From a virus (taxonomy: Duplodnaviria; Caudoviricetes), in IMG/VR virus record IMGVR_UViG_3300025137_005045: a stretch of 64,000 nt of DNA; one strand, 5' to 3'. This document shows, one piece after another, positions 39,753-47,162 of the stretch. Positions within the stretch are counted from its first letter, which is position 1. Each line of letters starts with the position of its first letter. A program made the position numbers and the translations under genes. Below the pieces are notes generated by a model, which ran no database searches, was not told the DNA's origin, and saw nothing but the letters and a program-made list of their open reading frames with translations.

Positions 39753-41022
39753 AGACTTAGATCTAGCAGACTGGGGTCATAAAGAAATAGCTATCGCAGA
39801 AACAGAAATGCCAGGATTAATAGCTGTTAGAGAAGAATTTAAGGATCAACAACCTTTAAAAGGTGCCCGAATTACAGGTAGCTTACACATGACAGTGCAA
39901 ACTGCTGTGCTAGTTGAAACTTTGGTTGCGTTAGGTGCTAGTGTACGCTGGAGTTCATGTAATATCTTTTCAACACAAGATCATGCCGCGGCCGCATTAG
40001 CAGAACAGGGAATTCCTGTATTTGCTTGGAAAGGCGAAACAGAAGAAGAGTATTGGTGGTGTATAGAACAAACACTAGAAGGACCCGATGGATGGAAACC
40101 AAATATATTACTAGACGACGGTCACGATCTAACTGGTTATATTATGGACAATCGTCCTGACTTACTGGATGATATTGTTGGAGTAACGGAAGAAACAACT
40201 ACAGGCATACACAAGATATTGGAACGTATTGAAAAAGGTAAAATGCTATTACCAGCTATCAATGTTAATGATTCTGTAACCAAAGCTAAGTTTGATAACT
40301 TGTATGGTTGTCGTGAAAGTTTAGTTGATGGTATTAAGCGTGCCACTGATGTTATGATAGCAGGTAAGACTGCTGTGGTAGCAGGCTACGGTGATGTTGG
40401 TAAAGGTTCAGCACAGGCATTGAAAGCATTATCAGCTCAGGTATGGATAACTGAAGTAGATCCAATTTGTGCTTTACAAGCCGCAATGGAAGGATTCAAA
40501 GTAGTCACCATGGACTATGCTAAAGATAAGGCAGACATCTTCGTAACAGCAACAGGCAACGTTGATGTTATTACTAAAGAACACATGATAGCAATGAAAA
40601 ACAATGCCATTGTTTGTAATATTGGACACTTTGATAGTGAAATTGATATTGCTGGTGTAAGTGATTTTGGATGGGATGAAATTAAACCACAAGTAGATCA
40701 TGTTACCTTGCCGAGTGGTAATAAAATTATTATTCTGGCAAGAGGTAGATTGATTAATCTAGGTTGTGCCACAGGACATCCTAGTTATGTTATGTCAAAC
40801 TCATTTACTAATCAAGTGCTAGCACAAATAGAAATGTTTAATAATCCTGACAGCTATGAAACAGGCAAACTCTATCTACTACCTAAACATCTAGATGAAA
40901 AAGTAGCAGAGCTACATCTGGCTAAAGTAGGTGCAGAATTAACCCGTTTAACGGATAAACAAGCTGAATATATTTCAGTTCCTGTTAACGGCCCTTATAA
41001 GGTGGAAACATATAGATATTAA
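39736..41022 (+). CDS. ahcY: S-adenosylhomocysteine hydrolase
   Basis: [58 protein letters not shown]. Confidence 0.98.
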   Translation: MDYKIKDLDLADWGHKEIAIAETEMPGLIAVREEFKDQQPLKGARITGSLHMTVQTAVLVETLVALGASVRWSSCNIFSTQDHAAAALAEQGIPVFAWKGETEEEYWWCIEQTLEGPDGWKPNILLDDGHDLTGYIMDNRPDLLDDIVGVTEETTTGIHKILERIEKGKMLLPAINVNDSVTKAKFDNLYGCRESLVDGIKRATDVMIAGKTAVVAGYGDVGKGSAQALKALSAQVWITEVDPICALQAAMEGFKVVTMDYAKDKADIFVTATGNVDVITKEHMIAMKNNAIVCNIGHFDSEIDIAGVSDFGWDEIKPQVDHVTLPSGNKIIILARGRLINLGCATGHPSYVMSNSFTNQVLAQIEMFNNPDSYETGKLYLLPKHLDEKVAELHLAKVGAELTRLTDKQAEYISVPVNGPYKVETYRY

Positions 41023-41103
41023 CACTATATGTTGTGCTTTTTTTAAACCCAGCCACTGGATTACGATAAATATTACAGTAATATTACATAGGAAACATTT
41101 TAT

Positions 41104-41883
41104 ATGAAAGCATTAAAAATAGCAGTATTATCAACAGTATTTTTAACGTCGGCTGTTGTAGCTGACGAACATAGCAGAACAAAAGCTACAGTAGATACTA
41201 GTAATAACTGGAACATATCAGTTACAGCTACTAGTGAGTATCTATTTCGTGGTCTAAAACAAACTCAAGGTGACCCTGCACTACAAGCTAGTATAGATTA
41301 TAACTTTGATGGTGGACTGTATGCCGGTGCATGGGCAAGTACAGTTAAATGGACCGAAGAAGGCTACATGAATAACAACGATGTAGAAACTAACTTTTTT
41401 GTAGGTTATTCAGACACACTTGGACAAACAGGTATTGGATATGACGTAGGTGTATTACAATACTATTATCCAGGTACTGTTAAAAATGGTGTTGCAGATA
41501 CTGACGCAACAGAAATTTATGCTGGTGTTAACAAAGACATACTTGGCATGAATTGGGCTGTTAAATATTCTCAAGTTGTCTCAGATGATGCTTGGGGAAT
41601 TGGAGATGCTGATGGTAGTCAATATGTTGAAGCAAATCTAACAGTTCCATTAACAGAAAAACTTTCAGCACTTGCTCATGTAGGTCGCTCTGAGTTTGAC
41701 GGTAATGGCAATGACGTATATGATTATACTGACTGGTCACTTGGTGCAGAATATGCAGTAGGCGATTATGTTACAGTAGGTGCTGGTTACTCAGACACAA
41801 ATACTAACGAAGCAAACTGGACCCTTAATGGTGAAGACCAAGGTAAAGGACAAACACTTGCTTGGTTAACATACGCATTCTAA
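41104..41883 (+). CDS. TorF-family putative outer-membrane porin
   Basis: Signal peptide; SEYLFRGLKQTQGDPALQASIDY...YAGAWAS; YDVG...YYYPG; terminal Phe. Confidence 0.88.
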   Translation: MKALKIAVLSTVFLTSAVVADEHSRTKATVDTSNNWNISVTATSEYLFRGLKQTQGDPALQASIDYNFDGGLYAGAWASTVKWTEEGYMNNNDVETNFFVGYSDTLGQTGIGYDVGVLQYYYPGTVKNGVADTDATEIYAGVNKDILGMNWAVKYSQVVSDDAWGIGDADGSQYVEANLTVPLTEKLSALAHVGRSEFDGNGNDVYDYTDWSLGAEYAVGDYVTVGAGYSDTNTNEANWTLNGEDQGKGQTLAWLTYAF

Positions 41884-41902
41884 ATTAAATTAGAATAAAT
41901 TG

Positions 41903-41928
41903 AAAGCACCTTTGGGTGCTTTTTTTTT
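41903..41928 (+). terminator. Rho-independent terminator
   Basis: AAAGCACC-tttg-GGTGCTTT followed by T-run. Confidence 0.85.
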
Positions 41929-42039
41929 GAAAAAGAAACGATACAATAAAGATTACAGTTAGATTACAAAAATGCAATTAGTGCTTGCTTTTTCTTAAAA
42001 TCCTAGTAAAATATAGTTTTAAGTAATTAAATACAATTG

Positions 42040-42318
42040 ATGAAAACATTCAAATACTATTTCAACAAAACTATCATCACACTTTGTATTCTCTTCTTTT
42101 TCGTAATATGGTATCAAGTACTTTCTAAAATAATATGTAATTCATTTTGTGAAGTTGAGCAAGAAGTGCAAGGAGTTGTTATAGCATATGAGGATATGAC
42201 TCCTGAACAACGTCGAGCAGAATTTGAAAAACTAAAAGCACAAAGGACAGCAGAAAATGAAAAAAATAGTAGTATTACTAACACTACTGGCAGTGTCAAC
42301 ATTAGCTCTAGCAGATAA
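42040..42318 (+). CDS. Single-TM hypothetical protein
   Basis: N-terminal TM, helical C-terminus; overlaps porin start. Confidence 0.45.
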   Translation: MKTFKYYFNKTIITLCILFFFVIWYQVLSKIICNSFCEVEQEVQGVVIAYEDMTPEQRRAEFEKLKAQRTAENEKNSSITNTTGSVNISSSR

Positions 42319-42820
42319 ACCAGGATACTATTCAGCTATTAAGTTTAGTATAGAAGAAAGTAATACTGGAGGAAGTGACAGTACTAAATGGGCAGTCAAA
42401 TATGGTAAGCACATTAACAAACATCTTGATGCTGAATTATATACAAGAACAAAAGACAAAGACTCTGGTAGTAATGATACAAGAGTAGAAGCCGCAGTGA
42501 TTGGCAAGTACAAACTAACAGATGATTGGTCAACTAGTCTTAGAGTTGGTGCTGGTAACAAATATACACGAACTGATGACTTTGGTTATTGGACAGTTAC
42601 ACCAGCAGTAAAATATAAAATTACTGACAAGCTAAGTGCTAAACTTGGATATAGATTTCGTGACGCATTTGAAACAGAAAGACAACAGAATGACCAAACA
42701 ATTAAGTTAGGCATTGGCTACAAGTTAACCAGTGATGTATCTCTAGGTGCTGGCTATGACTGGAAACGTGGTGACAGTGATGCTGACGGTTTTGGAGTTG
42801 GTTTTAAATTCGAATTTTAA
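42257..42820 (+). CDS. Small outer-membrane beta-barrel (KdgM/porin-like)
   Basis: Signal peptide ALA-D; alternating aromatic beta-strands; ends GFKFEF. Confidence 0.75.
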   Translation: MKKIVVLLTLLAVSTLALADKPGYYSAIKFSIEESNTGGSDSTKWAVKYGKHINKHLDAELYTRTKDKDSGSNDTRVEAAVIGKYKLTDDWSTSLRVGAGNKYTRTDDFGYWTVTPAVKYKITDKLSAKLGYRFRDAFETERQQNDQTIKLGIGYKLTSDVSLGAGYDWKRGDSDADGFGVGFKFEF

Positions 42821-42865
42821 TAATATTGTATAATGGTAGGTGTTGAGTACTAAATAATATTACAA

Positions 42866-42909
42866 CGTTCATCCCACTGGGACGGAAGTAGGCATAAGCT
42901 GAAGGAACG
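42866..42909 (+). ncRNA. Glutamine riboswitch (glnA RNA motif)
   Basis: P1 CGTTC(42866-70)/GAACG(42905-09), P2 TCCC-act-GGGA, E-loop GACGGAAGTAGG...GAAGGAACG, short P3. Confidence 0.85.
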
Positions 42910-42934
42910 CTTCTTGTTAAAAGGAGGTAGCTTT

Positions 42935-43129
42935 ATGTATGCTAAAGAAAATAATACATCCACCATATTAAAAATTGCAACATTGTTAGATCTTGAAGTA
43001 AAAGAAGTAACTAAATTTCTTGAACTAATGCTAGACGGATACAACTTCACAGATGCCCTTAACGGTTGTCATTTGACCAGAGAGGACTGTGAACTAGTAT
43101 TAGCAGAACTTAAGAAAAGAAAAAAATAA
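42935..43129 (+). CDS. 64 aa protein downstream of the riboswitch
   Basis: Strong SD AAGGAGGT at 42921-28, ATG 42935; helical with basic tail. Confidence 0.7.
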   Translation: MYAKENNTSTILKIATLLDLEVKEVTKFLELMLDGYNFTDALNGCHLTREDCELVLAELKKRKK

Positions 43130-43144
43130 TATGGTACAACTTAG

Positions 43145-43170
43145 AAAAGCACTTTTAGGAGTGCTTTTTT
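43145..43170 (+). terminator. Rho-independent terminator
   Basis: AAAAGCACT-tttagg-AGTGCTTTT. Confidence 0.85.
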
Positions 43171-43242
43171 ATTGTCTATAATAAATACCTTTAAGCACAA
43201 GACCAAAAGTCTTATTTTACTAATTTTTCAAAAAGGTAATAT

Positions 43243-43353
43243 ATGGCCAATAAGAATTGCTACTGGAGACCAGAGACAGATGATGATATGGAATGGTTAA
43301 ACAGCCTGGCGAAACCCATAAAACCCATAAAACCCACTGATCAAAAGAAGTAG
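43243..43353 (+). CDS. Small orphan peptide (36 aa, not in track)
   Basis: Late box 43182, AAGG SD; MANKNCYWRPETDDDMEWLNSLAKPIKPIKPTDQKK. Confidence 0.4.
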   Translation: MANKNCYWRPETDDDMEWLNSLAKPIKPIKPTDQKK

Positions 43354-43379
43354 ACATATCTAACTATAGACTATATAAT
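43351..43379 (+). promoter_or_regulatory. sigma70-type promoter (near-leaderless)
   Basis: TAGACA-17 nt-TATAAT; ATG follows 7 nt after the -10 box. Confidence 0.55.
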
Positions 43380-43386
43380 ATAACTT

Positions 43387-44145
43387 ATGATAGTCATAAC
43401 AGGTTACGGTTACGTAGGAAAAGCCATCGAATCGGCACTAATTCCACACGTTGATATAGCTATTGTTGATCCAATGATCAACGATAAACGTGTGTCTGAC
43501 TTTGATGCTGAAGCAGTAATCGTAGCTGTATCAACACCCAACACACTAGACGGTAGTTGTAACATGCAAAACGTATTTGATGTATTGGCAGATGTACCCG
43601 AAGATGTTCCTGTACTAATTAAATCAACTATATCAATAGAAGGATGGAACGAACTGACTGATAAGTATCCTGATCATAAGATTACATTTAGTCCAGAGTT
43701 TCTAAGAGCTAACACTGCAATCGAAGACTTTCACAATCAGGACTATGTATTTTTAAGTGGTGATAATCATAAGTATTGGGAAAAACTATTCTTAGATACT
43801 ATTAAGAAACCAAGTCAGATTTATTCAGCTGAAGAACTTATATTAGCTAAACTATTTCGGAACAGTTTTCTAGCAACCAAAGTTACATTCTTTAATCAGG
43901 TCAATGACTTATGTCAACGATTAGAGTTAGACTACGAGAAAGTCAGAAAGATTATCACAGATGATCAGCGTATAGGTACTGGCCATTCACAAGTTACAGA
44001 AGAACGTGGATATGGTGGACACTGCTTACCTAAGGATACAGAAGCACTATTAAAAAGTGCATTGCAACATGGATGTAGTATGAGCTTAATTCAAGAAGCA
44101 ATTCGATATAATAAACATATTAAGAAAAAAACTAATAAATATTGA
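43387..44145 (+). CDS. UDP-glucose/GDP-mannose dehydrogenase family, short form
   Basis: ITGYGYVG, IKST, FSPEFLR, GYGGHCLPKD; lacks C-terminal domain. Confidence 0.85.
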   Translation: MIVITGYGYVGKAIESALIPHVDIAIVDPMINDKRVSDFDAEAVIVAVSTPNTLDGSCNMQNVFDVLADVPEDVPVLIKSTISIEGWNELTDKYPDHKITFSPEFLRANTAIEDFHNQDYVFLSGDNHKYWEKLFLDTIKKPSQIYSAEELILAKLFRNSFLATKVTFFNQVNDLCQRLELDYEKVRKIITDDQRIGTGHSQVTEERGYGGHCLPKDTEALLKSALQHGCSMSLIQEAIRYNKHIKKKTNKY

Positions 44146-44146
44146 T

Positions 44147-44896
44147 ATGCTTACAACAATACTTTTTTTCGCTCTTTGTTATCACATACTATGGGCAACG
44201 TTCTCTATAGGTGTTCATCGACAACACATGCACACATATTGGAAATTAAATCCTGTGTTAGATCATTTATTTAGATTTATATTATGGCTAACTTGGGGAG
44301 CATTGAATTTTAAAAATGCAATACCAAATTTAGTAGCTCAGCATCGAAAACATCATGCACAAAGTGATCAATGGAACGATATTGATAATTATGATCCTGT
44401 AAGTCCTCATGTGTTTAGTTTAAGAAAGCTGTTAGATTTTTCAAAAATTCGTCCAGGAACACAATACTGGATAAATCCAAAAGATATATCAATTTGGGGT
44501 AAAGGTGCAACATCCTATGATGATTGGATAGAAAACAACATATATGTAAAATATCCTACATCAGGATTAACCATATTATGGATAATTGCTACTTTTTTAT
44601 TTGGATGGCCTGGTTTTATAATAGGTGGTTTATATAAATTTTCAATCAAAAAGGTAGTAGCATTCCATGCGGCATGTTTGCACGTAGTTGGATATAGAAC
44701 TCAAAAAGCTAAACTGTCTTCTGATAGATCGTTGAATACATTTCCGTTATCATTAGTAACTGCTGGAGAAGGATTGCATGGTAATCATCATGATAATTGT
44801 CGTCCAAGTAATTTTTCATTTCACTGGTGGGAATTAGATTTGGGTTATTGGTATGCTGTTGGTTTATCTAAGCTAAAACTTTTAAAATTTATCTAA
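44147..44896 (+). CDS. Second membrane fatty-acid desaturase
   Basis: HRQHMH, HRKHH, GEGLHGNHH, WWELDLGY. Confidence 0.85.
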   Translation: MLTTILFFALCYHILWATFSIGVHRQHMHTYWKLNPVLDHLFRFILWLTWGALNFKNAIPNLVAQHRKHHAQSDQWNDIDNYDPVSPHVFSLRKLLDFSKIRPGTQYWINPKDISIWGKGATSYDDWIENNIYVKYPTSGLTILWIIATFLFGWPGFIIGGLYKFSIKKVVAFHAACLHVVGYRTQKAKLSSDRSLNTFPLSLVTAGEGLHGNHHDNCRPSNFSFHWWELDLGYWYAVGLSKLKLLKFI

Positions 44897-45051
44897 AGAT
44901 ACAGAAGCACTGTACAGTAATAGGTAAATCTTATTATCCCCATTTAAACATTCAACAAGCAAAACCTGTTAAAAATCAAATTACTATAGTATAATTAAAT
45001 AAGTACAATACTATGAGAAAGGAATTAATTATGGAAAGAGAAGAATAAATT

Positions 45052-46272
45052 ATGGATACTTTTTTTCTTGGCATTACACTTTTTACTTTGATTGTGTTGT
45101 CACTTGTAACGATAATTATTTTTGCTCGAAGTCAACTTGTCCAATCAGGTGAAGTTAATATTACTATCAATGGCGAAAAAAATATAAAAGTGCCTGCTGG
45201 TGGAAAGTTACTACAGGCCTTAGCTGGAGAAAAATTATTTGTTCCATCAGCTTGTGGAGGTGGTGGTACTTGTGCTCAGTGTAAGGTTAAAGTTCATTCA
45301 GGAGGAGGATCCATTCTCCCAACTGAAGAAGGACATATCAGTAAACGAGATGCGTCTTGTGGAGATAGGCTGTCATGTCAGGTAGCAGTAAAGCAGGACA
45401 TGGAAATTGAAGTACCTGAGGAAGTTTTTGGAGTCAGAAAGTGGGAATGTAAAGTATTAAGTAATGATAATGTTGCTACATTTATTAAAGAATTAATTAT
45501 AGAGCTCCCCAAAGGTGAAGATGTAAATTTTAAAGCAGGTGGATATATTCAAATTGAAGCACCTAGCTATAAACTTTCATATAAGGACTTTGATATTGGG
45601 AAGGAATATCACGAGGATTGGGATAGATTTAAGATATGGGATGTTACCTCTGAGGTAAATGAACCAATTGAAAGAGCATACTCTATGGCAAATTATCCTG
45701 AAGAAAAGGGTATAGTAATGCTAAATGTTCGAATTGCAACTCCACCTCCAGGTTCATCTGGAATTCCAGCTGGAAAAATGTCTTCTTATATTTTTAATTT
45801 GAAAAAGGGTGATGCAGTTACTATATCAGGACCCTTTGGTGAGTTCTTTGCACGTGAAACCAAAAAAGAAATGATTTTTATTGGTGGAGGTGCTGGTATG
45901 GCACCAATGAGAAGTCTTATTTTTGATCAGTTTAGGAGAATAAAATCTGACCGAAAAGCATCATTCTGGTATGGAGCGAGATCGAAAAAAGAAATGTTTT
46001 ATGTCGATGATTTTGATCAGATTCAAAAAGATAATGAAAACTTTTCTTGGCATGTTGCTTTGTCCGATTCACTTCCGGAAGATAAATGGAAAGGGCATAA
46101 GGGATATATTCATAATATACTTTTTGAACAGTATTTAAAAGATCATCCAGCTCCAGAGGATTGTGAGTACTACCTATGTGGGCCACCTATAATGAATCAA
46201 TCAGTGGTTAATATGTTAATAGATCTGGGAGTCGATCGTGAAGATATTTTACTTGATGATTTTGGTGGGTAG
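45052..46272 (+). CDS. nqrF: Na+-translocating NADH:quinone oxidoreductase subunit F
   Basis: N-terminal TM; [10 protein letters not shown]...RLSCQ (2Fe-2S); RAYSMAN; [11 protein letters not shown]; YLCGPP; DDFGG end. Confidence 0.97.
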   Translation: MDTFFLGITLFTLIVLSLVTIIIFARSQLVQSGEVNITINGEKNIKVPAGGKLLQALAGEKLFVPSACGGGGTCAQCKVKVHSGGGSILPTEEGHISKRDASCGDRLSCQVAVKQDMEIEVPEEVFGVRKWECKVLSNDNVATFIKELIIELPKGEDVNFKAGGYIQIEAPSYKLSYKDFDIGKEYHEDWDRFKIWDVTSEVNEPIERAYSMANYPEEKGIVMLNVRIATPPPGSSGIPAGKMSSYIFNLKKGDAVTISGPFGEFFARETKKEMIFIGGGAGMAPMRSLIFDQFRRIKSDRKASFWYGARSKKEMFYVDDFDQIQKDNENFSWHVALSDSLPEDKWKGHKGYIHNILFEQYLKDHPAPEDCEYYLCGPPIMNQSVVNMLIDLGVDREDILLDDFGG

Positions 46273-46295
46273 TTGAATATAAGGAAAAATTTAAA

Positions 46296-46550
46296 ATGAA
46301 TACAAAAGTATTAAGATTTACAGCCTCATGGTGCGAGCCATGTAAGGCATTAGCAAAAACAATTGAAGACGCTGATATTGAATTACCAATTGAAGTTATT
46401 GATATAGACAAAGAAGCCTCTAGAGCTATGAAATTTCAAATACGCTCTGTACCTACAATAGTTATTGTTGATGAGAACGGTGAGGAACTTCGACGACAAA
46501 TCGGAATGATGACATTGTCACAGTTTGAGCATTTTGTTAAAAATGTTTAG
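46296..46550 (+). CDS. Thioredoxin
   Basis: FTASWCEPCK, IRSVPT. Confidence 0.9.
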   Translation: MNTKVLRFTASWCEPCKALAKTIEDADIELPIEVIDIDKEASRAMKFQIRSVPTIVIVDENGEELRRQIGMMTLSQFEHFVKNV

Positions 46551-46726
46551 TTGCTAATCATGATAATCATTATGTTTTTTAATTAATTATATGTTATTAT
46601 TATAATAAGTAATAGCAGTAGCAACTGTTGTTACTTGAAGCAGATCTCAAATTGGACTTGTGGTAACACTCTCCAATGATTTGGTTAGCCGACTTATTAA
46701 AAAACTTTTTATAAAGGACTATTATT

Positions 46727-46798
46727 ATGTGGACTAAACCTCAAGCAACAGAAATGCGTTTTGGTTTTGAAGTAACTATGTACGTAATGAACAAGTAA
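46727..46798 (+). CDS. pqqA: Coenzyme PQQ precursor peptide PqqA (23 aa, not in track)
   Basis: MWTKPQATEMRFGFEVTMYVMNK with W-x-K-P start and E-x-x-x-Y core; AAGGA SD at 46714-18. Confidence 0.93.
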   Translation: MWTKPQATEMRFGFEVTMYVMNK

Positions 46799-46852
46799 TT
46801 GTTTGTTAGTATATAAAACTTTAAACTAGCATTACACTGTTTAAAAATTTAG

Positions 46853-46879
46853 AAAGCACTCATTTATGGGTGCTTTTTA
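46853..46879 (+). terminator. Rho-independent terminator after pqqA
   Basis: AAAGCACTC-atttat-GGGTGCTTT followed by T-run. Confidence 0.85.
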
Positions 46880-46988
46880 TTTGACCAACAAATATACATT
46901 ATATTATAATATGAGCAAGTATTCTATAAATACTTTTACTAGTTCACAAGACTAGTAATTTTTAAAAATCCCAAAAGGAGAAGAAAAA

Positions 46989-47141
46989 ATGTCAGTAGAA
47001 ACAAAAATAGACTGGAATGAAGAAGATAAAGAAGCAAAAGAAGATAAAGAAATGACAGCTAAAAAACAGAGTGAAGAATTTTCTAAATCTAAATCAGAAG
47101 AAATGGCAAGAAGAGTTGTCGCTTTTAGTGACTGCGGTTAA
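46989..47141 (+). CDS. Small charged peptide ending RRVVAFSDCG (50 aa, not in track)
   Basis: TATAAATA at 46925, AAGGAG SD at 46975-80, clean ORF. Confidence 0.6.
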   Translation: MSVETKIDWNEEDKEAKEDKEMTAKKQSEEFSKSKSEEMARRVVAFSDCG

Positions 47142-47162
47142 TATTAACAACTAGATAAAATT

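Noticed and set aside
43312-43336. AAACCCATA tandem repeat as a regulatory or iteron element
   Set aside because: Under three copies of 9 bp, in frame within a small ORF (KPIKPIKP); too short to support a function
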